From the NCBI RefSeq assembly GCF_001598795.1, contig NZ_BCZP01000006.1:30001-62000 (forward strand): a stretch of DNA of 32,000 bases. Direction: 5' to 3'. Within the stretch, counting starts at the first letter, position 1; every line of letters begins with the position of its first letter. Shown here piece by piece: positions 1-8,319 of the stretch. This DNA is from Delftia acidovorans NBRC 14950. Its GTDB lineage: Bacteria > Pseudomonadota > Gammaproteobacteria > Burkholderiales > Burkholderiaceae_C. The position numbers and the translations under genes were made by a program. The notes under the pieces were generated by a model. The model had not been told where the DNA came from. It worked only from the letters and a program-made list of their open reading frames with translations, and made no database searches.

Positions 1-1425
1 CGAGCTCAGCAGCTCCAGGCAGGCGTCGGCCAGCGCCTCGGGGTTGGCAATGCCGACCACGCGCCCGCACGAGCCCAGGGCCTGGTCTTGCGGCTCCAGC
101 CCGTCGATGAGCTGGCGGCAGGAACCCACGTCGGTGCTGACCACGGGCACGCCTGCGGCCTGGGCTTCGAGAATCACCAGGGGCAGCGCCTCGCTGATGG
201 AAGACAGCACGACCACGCCCACCTTGGGCAGCAACTCCTCCACCTTCTGCATGCCCAGAAAGCGGACGTTGGCCTGCAGGCCCAGGCTGTCCACGAGGTT
301 CTGGCATTCCTCGGCATAGGCCGGGTCCTCGGCCGTGGGGCCGGCCACCCAGGCCTGGGCCTGGGGCATCCGGTTGACCACGCGGCGCATGGCGCGGATG
401 AAGGTCTTGATGTCCTTGATGGGCACCACGCGGCCGATCAGGCACAGCACGGGCGGCGTCTGGGCCGGCCGCTGGGTGCGCAGCGGCGCAAAGCGTTCTA
501 TGCGGATGCCGTTGGGGATGCTGACCGTGCGCTCGGCGGCCGCGCCATCGGCCACCTGGCGCAGGCGGTTGTTCTCGTACAGCGCAATGATGGGATCGGC
601 CGCACCATAGCAAAAGCGCCCCATCCAGTCGAAAAACCGTATCCACATCTGCCGGAAGAACGACACCTCCATGGGGTCGCGCTGGAAGATGTTGCGGTTG
701 TCGCGGATCCAGGAGCTTTGCAGCAGGTCGATCTGGCGCTCTTTCGTGTAGATGCCATGCTCGGACAGCACCAGCGGCAGGCCGCGCGCATGGTGCAGCA
801 GGCCGCCCAGAAATCCCGCATAGCCGGTCGAGACGGTATGCAGCACGCGCACCGGGATCAGTCCATGGGCGATGCGTGCCATCAGCCACAGCGGCTGCAG
901 CATGATGCGCACGGTCCAGAAGAAGTCCACGAACGACGGGTCGGTGCAGTGGCGCCGGTAGCTGTCGCGGATCAGGTCCCAGGCGAATTCGCTGTGCAGG
1001 AAATCCTCCAGCGGCAGGCTGCCGCCGGGCTGCAGCTCCAGCGCAATGGAGCGCATGGCCGCCAGCACCTTGGCCCGGCTTTCGGCACTGCCGTCATGCG
1101 CCTCCAGCGCGCCCAGGAATTCCTGGGCCTTGGCCAAGGCTTCGGGATGGCCGCGCGAAGGGGCGGGCTGGATATTGGAGTGCAGCGCATCAAACAGGTA
1201 GTGCTGCTCGAAGTGCACCACGTTGGGCGGCAGTGCGTAGCGGAAATCGCCATAGTCCTCGCGCCGGCTGCCCAGGAAGACAATGGCAAAGCGGTACTCG
1301 GGATAGGCCTGCAGGATCTGGTTGACCCAGCTGGACACACCACCGCTGACATAAGGAAAAGTGCCTTCCAGCAGCAGCGCGATGTCCGCATTGGCCGCCG
1401 TGGGGAACTGGCTCGCACGGCTCAT
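1..1425 (-). CDS. pelF: PelF, Pel polysaccharide glycosyltransferase (GT4 type); C-terminus cut by window edge
   Basis: Absent from the ORF track because it runs off the left edge. I checked every codon-aligned triplet from 1425 to 1 and found no stop (475 codons). Translation starts MSRASQFPTAANADIALLLEGTFPYVSGGVSSWVNQILQAYPEYRFAIVFLGSRR and ends at the edge with VVGIANPEALADACLELLSS. The EGT(F/Y)PYVxGGVSSWV N-terminus is the PelF signature. ATGA start/stop overlap with pelE at 1422-1425. The plus-strand ORF 88..1440 is its antisense shadow. Confidence 0.85.
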   Translation of the reverse strand, partial: MSRASQFPTAANADIALLLEGTFPYVSGGVSSWVNQILQAYPEYRFAIVFLGSRREDYGDFRYALPPNVVHFEQHYLFDALHSNIQPAPSRGHPEALAKAQEFLGALEAHDGSAESRAKVLAAMRSIALELQPGGSLPLEDFLHSEFAWDLIRDSYRRHCTDPSFVDFFWTVRIMLQPLWLMARIAHGLIPVRVLHTVSTGYAGFLGGLLHHARGLPLVLSEHGIYTKERQIDLLQSSWIRDNRNIFQRDPMEVSFFRQMWIRFFDWMGRFCYGAADPIIALYENNRLRQVADGAAAERTVSIPNGIRIERFAPLRTQRPAQTPPVLCLIGRVVPIKDIKTFIRAMRRVVNRMPQAQAWVAGPTAEDPAYAEECQNLVDSLGLQANVRFLGMQKVEELLPKVGVVVLSSISEALPLVILEAQAAGVPVVSTDVGSCRQLIDGLEPQDQALGSCGRVVGIANPEALADACLELLSS

Positions 1426-2444
1426 GAGGCACTCCAGTAGCGGATGCTGGGCTTCAGGCGCGGCAGGGCTTGCTCGATGTCCAGCGAACGCATCAGGGCC
1501 TGCGCCTTGGCGAATTCGCGCCGATCGAACAGCAGCTCGGCCTGGTAGGGCACGACGCGTGCCGGCTCCATGCCCAGCGCCAGCGAGCGCTCATAGCAGG
1601 CCAGCGACTCCACCGCCCTGCCCTGCATGTGCAGCAGCCGGCCACGGCGCAGCAGCAGCAAGGCATTGTCGGGCCGCTGTGCGAGCACCAGGTCGCAGTA
1701 GTGCAGGGATTGCTTGATGGCGTGGTCGCGCACATCGCCCTGCGCTACGCCCTGGTAGACCAGCTCCGCGTAGAGGTCGGTCAGCGCCCGCGCCGCCTGC
1801 AGGCCACGCGGCCCGTAGGGCGCATCGCCCTCGGACTGGCGGGCATGCTCGAACAGCTGCAGCTCCTGGTGGATGGTCTTGCTGATCTCGCGCTCCTTGG
1901 CGTCCAGCATGCTGTAGGCCAGCAGGCGCAGGTCTTCGCTGGAATCGCCCAGCGCCGTGCGCAGCATGGGCGAGGCAATGCGCCCCGGCACGCTGCCCAG
2001 CGCCACCATCGCCCGCATGCGCGAGGCGACCGGCACATTGGGATTGGCCAGGAAGGACTGCAGGCCCGCCTGGCGGCGGCTGGTGCTGGCCTGCTGGTGC
2101 GGGTCGAAATCAGGCAGGGGCATCACCGGGAAACGCGGGCCGCCACGCGGGCCGCGCTGGGTGTGCAGCGCAATGGTGGCGACCACGGCGCCCAAAATGC
2201 CGGCCACCGGCACGGCATAGGCAAACAGTCCCATCAGCGCCACCAGGGCCAGGCGCTGGCGCACCGACTTGGCCGAGGTGGCCAGGAAAGGCGCCAGGCA
2301 CAGCGCCAGCAGGCCGCTGGCCAGCCCGTGGGCCGTGAGATAGCCCAGCAGGGCCGCGTCCGACTGGCTGCGCAGCAGCCACAGGCTGCTCCAGGAGGCG
2401 ATTTCCGCGGCCAGCGCGCCCAATGCCAGCTTGAGGTTAAGCAT
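1422..2444 (-). CDS. pelE: PelE, inner-membrane TPR-containing Pel biosynthesis protein
   Basis: 340 aa. Hydrophobic N-terminal helices (LGALAAEIASWSSLWLL, GLASGLLALCLAPFLA, LALVALMGLFAYAVPVAGILGAVVATIAL) are followed by a TPR-like helical-repeat C-terminal half. It lies between pelD and pelF, with an 8-nt overlap on the pelD stop and an ATGA overlap on the pelF start. Confidence 0.75.
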   Translation of the reverse strand: MLNLKLALGALAAEIASWSSLWLLRSQSDAALLGYLTAHGLASGLLALCLAPFLATSAKSVRQRLALVALMGLFAYAVPVAGILGAVVATIALHTQRGPRGGPRFPVMPLPDFDPHQQASTSRRQAGLQSFLANPNVPVASRMRAMVALGSVPGRIASPMLRTALGDSSEDLRLLAYSMLDAKEREISKTIHQELQLFEHARQSEGDAPYGPRGLQAARALTDLYAELVYQGVAQGDVRDHAIKQSLHYCDLVLAQRPDNALLLLRRGRLLHMQGRAVESLACYERSLALGMEPARVVPYQAELLFDRREFAKAQALMRSLDIEQALPRLKPSIRYWSAS

Positions 2445-3816
2445 GGCCCTGCCCCATCTGATGGAGCCGCTCCAGCACGCTGCTGGCCGAGCAGCGGTCC
2501 AGCAAGATGGTGCGCGGGAAGATGCCCGCGTCGGCCAGCGAGGCCACGCCGCGCTGGGCCAGCCAGCCCTCGATGCGGTTCAGGTAGCCCTCGGCCGTGG
2601 CGTTGGTGCCCAGTGGCATGAAGATGGCCAGCAGCTGCCGGCCATCGCTTTCCTGCAGCCAGGAGCGGTCCAGCATGCGCTCCAGCCGCATGATCTGCTG
2701 GGCCATCTGGGCCTGCACAGCCGAGGGCGACAGCTCCAGCGCCACCACCACGCTGCTCAGGCGCGCGCTGCGGTTGACATGCTCCATGCGCTGCAGCTCG
2801 AACGCGAAATGCGGCGGGCAATCGGGATAGGCCTGCAGCAGCGGCGCAGCCAGGCTGTTGGCGGCCACGCTGTCCGTGTAGTAGCCCAGCAGCAGGTTGA
2901 TGGTCTGCAGCGCCTCTTCCTGCAATGCGAAAAAAGGCATTTCCTCGACCAGCAGCAGGCCGTAGATCTCGCCTTCCAGGTCCAGCATGGGCGCCACGAC
3001 GATGTACTGCGTCTGCTGGCCCTCCGCCATGCTTTGCGAGACATGGCACAGCACATGGCTGTCCAGCGCCTGGCGCACCAGCGGATCGTGGACATGAATG
3101 GGCCGCTCGCCCCCCAGCTGGGCAATGGGCGTGGGGTCAAGCACCTCATTGCGCACGGGCACCAGGCTGGCCACGCTGATCTGGCTGAAGCGCGACAGCA
3201 GGTTGAGCAGGCTTTGCGCATCGCCCTCGGCGCCACTGAGGCCGCTGAGCACGTTGATGGCATCGCGCATGGACACGGGACGGCCTATGAGCTCCTGCTC
3301 CAGCCGATCATGCGACAGGCGCAGCAGGTAATGCTGGCGGATCAGCTGCTCGGTGCGCTGGTCCATGTAGTTCTGCGCCGTGCGCGCGCGGCGTATGCGT
3401 GCGCGCCAGAGGCTGGAGATCTCGCCCACGACCATGACCAGGATCAGGCCGCCCAGAAAGTACTGTTCCGGGAACAGCGACAGATCGCGCTGGTTGACGC
3501 CCAGCCAGGCCAGCAGCAGCACGCCGGCCGCCGACAGGCCTGCCACCGGCCCGTAGCGCAGGGCCACCACCACGGGCGCCAGCCAGGCCCAGGGGAACTC
3601 GGACTCCACCCACAGGGGATTGTCCGGGTTGGCCCACATGCCGATCAAAAGGGCCAGCACCGGCAGCAGCAGCGTCTCGCTCACCACCACCCAGGGCTTG
3701 GCGCTCGTCTGCACGAGCAGGCCCAGCGGCGAGCCTCTGAATTCCGCGGCAATGCCGGCGCGGCGCGGTGCAGCGGAATGCGGTGCCGCCTTGGGCGTGC
3801 TGGCTTGGTCTGGCAT
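2437..3816 (-). CDS. pelD: PelD, membrane-anchored c-di-GMP receptor of the Pel system (GAF plus degenerate GGDEF-like domains)
   Basis: The track ORF is 2437..4032, but its first 72 codons overlap pelC. The ATG at 3816 (MPDQASTPKA...) is preceded by AGGGAA and gives 459 aa, close to the known PelD size. It has N-terminal TM helices (LLLPVLALLIGMW, WAWLAPVVVAL, AGVLLLAWLGV, FLGGLILVMVVGEI) and then a soluble region. A candidate RxxD I-site, RMLD, lies at 2668..2679. Confidence 0.75.
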   Translation of the reverse strand: MPDQASTPKAAPHSAAPRRAGIAAEFRGSPLGLLVQTSAKPWVVVSETLLLPVLALLIGMWANPDNPLWVESEFPWAWLAPVVVALRYGPVAGLSAAGVLLLAWLGVNQRDLSLFPEQYFLGGLILVMVVGEISSLWRARIRRARTAQNYMDQRTEQLIRQHYLLRLSHDRLEQELIGRPVSMRDAINVLSGLSGAEGDAQSLLNLLSRFSQISVASLVPVRNEVLDPTPIAQLGGERPIHVHDPLVRQALDSHVLCHVSQSMAEGQQTQYIVVAPMLDLEGEIYGLLLVEEMPFFALQEEALQTINLLLGYYTDSVAANSLAAPLLQAYPDCPPHFAFELQRMEHVNRSARLSSVVVALELSPSAVQAQMAQQIMRLERMLDRSWLQESDGRQLLAIFMPLGTNATAEGYLNRIEGWLAQRGVASLADAGIFPRTILLDRCSASSVLERLHQMGQGHA

Positions 3817-3839
3817 GAAGAGTCGTTCCCTGGATTCGC

Positions 3840-4391
3840 TTATCGGGCGTTGGCCAGGCCTGTGCCCAGCAGGTTGCGGATCAGCTTCTGGCCCACGGCG
3901 GCCAGGGCCTCGCGGCTCCAGCCGCTTTGCGCGCCCGCGCCGCTCCACACGGTGGCGCCGGTGCCCACGTCCACGATCTCCAAGGTCACGCCCACGGCCG
4001 GCTCGCCATCCACGCCCACCTTGTAGCGCCATTCGTCCACCGCGCCCGTCAGCGCATAGCGCACGCCTTCGCCGCGCGCCCAGGCCAGGGCGTCGTCGCG
4101 GCGCTTGGCTTCGCGGCCGTCGAACAGGGTCTCCTGCAGTGCATCGCCCGTGTAGCGCTTGACCTGGCCCACGCCACGCGCATTGATCAGCGCCGTGGCA
4201 ATGGCGGCGGCGCGGTTGCCGGCCATGGGCGTTTCGGTGTGGTTCTCGAAGGGCAGCACCGCCCAGCTGGCGTTCGTCTCCAGCGCGGGCGCCGTGCCCC
4301 GGTCGATGGTCGAGCAGGCAGACAGCAGGCCGACAAGGGCAATACCCGTGAGCACGCGAAGGCGGGAGACGAAAGTGGTGCGGTGTGTCAT
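3840..4391 (-). CDS. pelC: PelC, outer-membrane lipoprotein of the Pel export apparatus
   Basis: 183 aa. Lipoprotein signal MTHRTTFVSRLRVLTGIALVGLLSAC with lipobox LLSAC. AAGGAG Shine-Dalgarno 7 nt upstream of the ATG. Size and position between pelB and pelD match PelC. Confidence 0.8.
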   Translation of the reverse strand: MTHRTTFVSRLRVLTGIALVGLLSACSTIDRGTAPALETNASWAVLPFENHTETPMAGNRAAAIATALINARGVGQVKRYTGDALQETLFDGREAKRRDDALAWARGEGVRYALTGAVDEWRYKVGVDGEPAVGVTLEIVDVGTGATVWSGAGAQSGWSREALAAVGQKLIRNLLGTGLANAR

Positions 4392-4416
4392 GGAGAGGCT
4401 CCTTGAAGTCTTCGGA

Positions 4417-7400
4417 TCAGTAGTGGAGGCGGTAGGTCAGCAACAGCTCGCGGGTATTGCCCACGGTGTTGATGCCCGACTTGGACAGATTCAGGCCCAG
4501 GGCGAGGTGGTCCGCGCCGAACAGGCTGGTGGCCAAGCCCATGCCCAGCTCGTAGCCCGCGCCGTTGACGCTGTGGTGCGTCAGGGCCAGGCTGGCGTAG
4601 GGCCGCAGCGCACGCGTGTACTGCTGCTCGTAGCCCGTGTTGAACATCATCTGCAGGCCCGAGAAGCGGAAACTGCGCGGCAGCAGATAGTCGATGGTGG
4701 GATCGTTGAACGGCGGCAGGTAACTCAGGATGGCCGCATCCCGGCCCTGCAGCAGCGCCGGGTCGTTGCGGCTGTAGCGGTGCCAGGAGGTGAAGGCGCC
4801 GAACTGCAGGGTGGGTGCCTCGCTGCGGTAGGTGTGCAGGTATTGCAGCGTCGCATGGTTGCCGGAGCCCACGCGCGCGCCGCTTTGCACGCGGTAGCGC
4901 TCCGATGCCAGCTCCAGCGTGATCTGGTCCAGGCGCGAGAGCTGGTAGCTGCTGCCCAGCGACACGCGGTCCTTCATGCCGCCCATGCGCATGGCCAGCG
5001 TTTCCTGCGTGGCCAGGTGCCGGCCCAGTGACGCCTGCAGGCTCCAGCGGCTGTCCAGGTTGTAGGTCTGCGTGAACTGCATGGGCGTATAGCCCTCCAG
5101 GCTTTCGCGCCGGCCCAGCATGAATTCGCTGGAGGCCGACTGCGTCTTGCGCGTCAGGCGCAGGCCGATGCCCCGCTCCTGCGAGGGGCCGCGCACCAGG
5201 GTGTTTTTGTTGACCGTGCGGCGCACGTCCTCGGCATCCAGGTCCAGCGCCCAGCGGGGGTTCAGGCCCACATGCCAGCGCAGCCGGGAGACCTGCTCGT
5301 CAATGGCGTCCATGCGGCGATTGCGCAGTTGCAGGCCGCCGTAGTCGCTGAAGGCCAGCAGCTGCTCGGTCAGCGCCAGGTGCAGGGGATCGTCGTCGGG
5401 CTGGTCGGCCATGTTCTCGAAAGCCGCCGTCTGCGCCAGCCGCACATCGCCGACCATGGCCGCCGCGTTGATGCGGTCATAGCGCGGCAGCGCCTCGTCA
5501 TGGCGCTGCAGCAGCTCCCCGGCCTGGGCCACATCCTTTTCCGCCAGGGCCACCGTGATCTCGGCCCACAGCGGCGAGCTGGTGCTCTTGCTGCGGCTGC
5601 GCGCGTATTGCTGCCACAGGTAGCCACGCTCGGCCTGGTACTCGCCGCGCTCCTGCAGCCAGGCAATGGCCAGCTCGGCCGCAGCGGCGGAATGCTCGCG
5701 GCGCCCGCCTTCCAGGTCCATGCGCAGCAGCTCGCGCATCAGGGCGAATTCGGCATCGCCCTGGGTATGAAAGAGCATGAGCCGGCTGCGGGCCTGGCGC
5801 TGAACCTCGTCCAGCCCCTCGGCCGTCAGCCATTTGCGGGCGGCCAGGGCCGCTGCGCCGTCCTGGGCGCGTGCCCGCACCTTCTCGCGCGTCCACAGCT
5901 GCTGCCTCAGGCTCCAGGCCCGATCGGCCTGCTGGTTCTGCTCCAGCGCGTCGGCGTACTGCATCATCCACAGGAAGTCGTCGGCATGCTCGGCGCGGTG
6001 CGGCTTCAGATAGCGCTCCAGCGCAACGGCCGGGCGCGACAGCGTCATGTAGGCCGCCGCCAGGGCGCCGTGCATGTCGGCATCGCGCGCCCAGACAGGC
6101 TCGGCCGCCGCCAGCAGCAGCTTGAGGGCCGCCGCATTCTGCGTGTCGATCAGCAGCCACATCAGGCCCTGGCGCAGCGGCGTGGAGCCGGGGTCCAGCG
6201 CCAGGCCCTTCTCGAAGGCCTCCATGGCCTTTTTCGATTGCGCCGTGCGCTGGTAGTAGGCGCCCAGTATCTGGAAGAAGGTGGGCTGGCCCTGCAGGCG
6301 CTTGACCAGGGCCGGGTCGGCCAAGATGCGTTCGACCTGGCTGCCGATCTGGGTCCAGTCCTCCAGATCCTCCAGCAGGTAGAAGGCCTGCGTCAGATGG
6401 CGCACGTCATGGAACTGCTCCCAGGCGTGCAGGGACATCCGGGCCGCCTCGCGCCGGTCGGCGCGCTGCAGCAGGCGTATCACCTCGTCGTAGTCGCTGA
6501 TGCCGGCGTGCGGCGTCTGCAGCAGGCGGCGGTAGGCCTTCAGCGTCAGTGCTTCCTGGCGCTGGTCCTGGGCCAGGTCGCCCAGCAGGCGCCAGTACTC
6601 GCCCTCGTCCTGCATGCCGGCGGGAATGCGCGTCTGCGCATCCTCCAGCCAGCGCAGGCCCAGGGCCGGCTCGCCCTGCAGCAGCGCGAGCACGGCGGCA
6701 GGCATGGCATGGGCCGGCGTCCGCTGCTCGGGATCGCTGAGCACGCGTTTCCATGCCTGCAGCGCCAGCGGCGAACGTCCTGCGCGTTCGGCCAGCTGGG
6801 CCAGCAGGATCTGCGACTGCGGCGTGCTGCCGTGCTTTTGCAGATAGTCGATGGCCTCGCCGGGCTCGGCCTGGCGCTCGTAGGCCTGGACCAGCGCCTG
6901 CTGCAGCGCGGCATCCTGGGGACGGCGGCTCAACTGGTGGCGCAGGCCGACAATCAGGGCGCGGTCGTCGAACAGGCCCGGCGCCAGGCGCATCACCGTC
7001 TTCCAGGCATCCTCGCGCCCCGTGTTCTGCGCAATGACCAGCCAGCTGTCCAGGGCCTGCTGCTGCTGTCCCATCCATTCGGACACCTGGGCCAGGCGTT
7101 CGCGCCAGGCCATGTCCTGCGGCGCCTGGCGCACGGCGGCCGTGGCCACGCGCCAGGCATCTTCCAGGTTGCGGTTTTCGAGGAACACCTCGTAGCCCAG
7201 CAGGTAGGTCTTGTCGTCAAAGGGCAGGCCCGGCGGCGGCTTGCGCACGGGATCGGCCGTGCGCAGCATGCGCCAGCCCGGGGCGGTCCAGGCCACGGGC
7301 TGCAGCGCCCAGGCGCCGTCGTCGGCAACCGGGTCCGGACCGGCGCCCGAAGCCCCGGCCACCTGCGTCTGCCACTGCTGCAGCAGCGACAGCTGCAGCA

Positions 7401-8319
7401 GCCGCTTGGCATAGCGCTCGGCCTCGGCCCGGTTGCCGGCCGCACGCGCCAGGCCGATGAGCTTTCGCAGCGTCTCGGGGTCGCTGCCCAGCAGTTCTTC
7501 CTGCTGGCGCGCCAGTGCCAGCGCTTCGTTGGCACGGTTGCCGGACTGCAGCACCTGCAGGGCCTGCCAGAGATAGGCGCGCGACTGCTGGACGTCCTCG
7601 GTCGTGGCGCTGGCCTGGCGCAGCAGCCGGGCCGATTCCTCGTACAGGGACATGCCCAGCGCCTGCCGCGCTGCGGATTCATAGACCTGCGCCTTGCGCG
7701 CGGGATCGGCCTGGCGGCCTGCCACGTCGTCGTAGATGCCCAGGGCCAGCGGTGCGTCCTTGAGCACCAGCGCCGACGAGGCCAGGTACAGCGCCTGCTC
7801 CTGGGTCAGCCCCTGCAGCGGCACGTCCTTCAACGCCTGCATCACCTGCGGCGCCAGCACCTCGGCCTGGCCGCCCGCGCGGTGGTCCTGCTTTTGCGCC
7901 TCCAGATAGCCCTGGTAGGCGGCCTGCCAGTGGTCCCAGGCCTGGACGGCTGCGCTGGGCAGTGCCTGCTTGGCCGCCTCTTCCCGCGCCAGCTTGATGG
8001 CCTGCAGGCGCTCTTCCTTGGCCTTGAGCAGGGCGCGCAGGTTCTCGTTGCCGGGATCGCTCTTGAGCAGGTTGCTCAGGTAGTTGTAGGACAGCTCGGA
8101 GTCATCTCCGGTGACGGAGAGCCGGCGTTCCAGATCCTGCTTGGGAAACAGCATCCACAGGGCGCCACCGATCAGTACCGCCAGCAGCGCGATCAGCCAG
8201 AAGGGAACCGTGATGGGGCGCTCAGAGCCCCCGGCATTGCGCTTGGAGTTCGACACTGTTTTGGGTACTTCTGAAGGAACGGAGGTTGGCGTTGCCGGTA
8301 TCGGCACCCGCCACGGCAA
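4417..8319 (-). CDS. pelB: PelB, TPR scaffold plus C-terminal outer-membrane porin for Pel export
   Basis: Up to 1300 aa. N-terminal TM helix (FWLIALLAVLIGGALWMLF), a very long Ala/Leu/Gln-rich TPR-like region, and a C-terminal beta-rich domain ending LLLTYRLHY, an aromatic terminus typical of OM barrels. The start is uncertain: TTG 8319, GTG 8307 and GTG 8256 are all in frame, none has a good SD, and all overlap the pelA 3' end. Confidence 0.8.
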   Translation of the reverse strand: MPWRVPIPATPTSVPSEVPKTVSNSKRNAGGSERPITVPFWLIALLAVLIGGALWMLFPKQDLERRLSVTGDDSELSYNYLSNLLKSDPGNENLRALLKAKEERLQAIKLAREEAAKQALPSAAVQAWDHWQAAYQGYLEAQKQDHRAGGQAEVLAPQVMQALKDVPLQGLTQEQALYLASSALVLKDAPLALGIYDDVAGRQADPARKAQVYESAARQALGMSLYEESARLLRQASATTEDVQQSRAYLWQALQVLQSGNRANEALALARQQEELLGSDPETLRKLIGLARAAGNRAEAERYAKRLLQLSLLQQWQTQVAGASGAGPDPVADDGAWALQPVAWTAPGWRMLRTADPVRKPPPGLPFDDKTYLLGYEVFLENRNLEDAWRVATAAVRQAPQDMAWRERLAQVSEWMGQQQQALDSWLVIAQNTGREDAWKTVMRLAPGLFDDRALIVGLRHQLSRRPQDAALQQALVQAYERQAEPGEAIDYLQKHGSTPQSQILLAQLAERAGRSPLALQAWKRVLSDPEQRTPAHAMPAAVLALLQGEPALGLRWLEDAQTRIPAGMQDEGEYWRLLGDLAQDQRQEALTLKAYRRLLQTPHAGISDYDEVIRLLQRADRREAARMSLHAWEQFHDVRHLTQAFYLLEDLEDWTQIGSQVERILADPALVKRLQGQPTFFQILGAYYQRTAQSKKAMEAFEKGLALDPGSTPLRQGLMWLLIDTQNAAALKLLLAAAEPVWARDADMHGALAAAYMTLSRPAVALERYLKPHRAEHADDFLWMMQYADALEQNQQADRAWSLRQQLWTREKVRARAQDGAAALAARKWLTAEGLDEVQRQARSRLMLFHTQGDAEFALMRELLRMDLEGGRREHSAAAAELAIAWLQERGEYQAERGYLWQQYARSRSKSTSSPLWAEITVALAEKDVAQAGELLQRHDEALPRYDRINAAAMVGDVRLAQTAAFENMADQPDDDPLHLALTEQLLAFSDYGGLQLRNRRMDAIDEQVSRLRWHVGLNPRWALDLDAEDVRRTVNKNTLVRGPSQERGIGLRLTRKTQSASSEFMLGRRESLEGYTPMQFTQTYNLDSRWSLQASLGRHLATQETLAMRMGGMKDRVSLGSSYQLSRLDQITLELASERYRVQSGARVGSGNHATLQYLHTYRSEAPTLQFGAFTSWHRYSRNDPALLQGRDAAILSYLPPFNDPTIDYLLPRSFRFSGLQMMFNTGYEQQYTRALRPYASLALTHHSVNGAGYELGMGLATSLFGADHLALGLNLSKSGINTVGNTRELLLTYRLHY

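Noticed and set aside
88-1440. 450-aa plus-strand ORF at the left edge
   Set aside because: It is the codon-aligned antisense shadow of pelF. The minus-strand frame is fully open and gives the PelF signature, whereas the plus-strand product is shadow-type low complexity.
3817-4032. 72-codon N-terminal extension of the PelD ORF
   Set aside because: It overlaps the pelC coding sequence and is Arg/Gly-rich low complexity. The internal ATG at 3816 has an SD-like AGGGAA and gives the expected PelD length and TM start.
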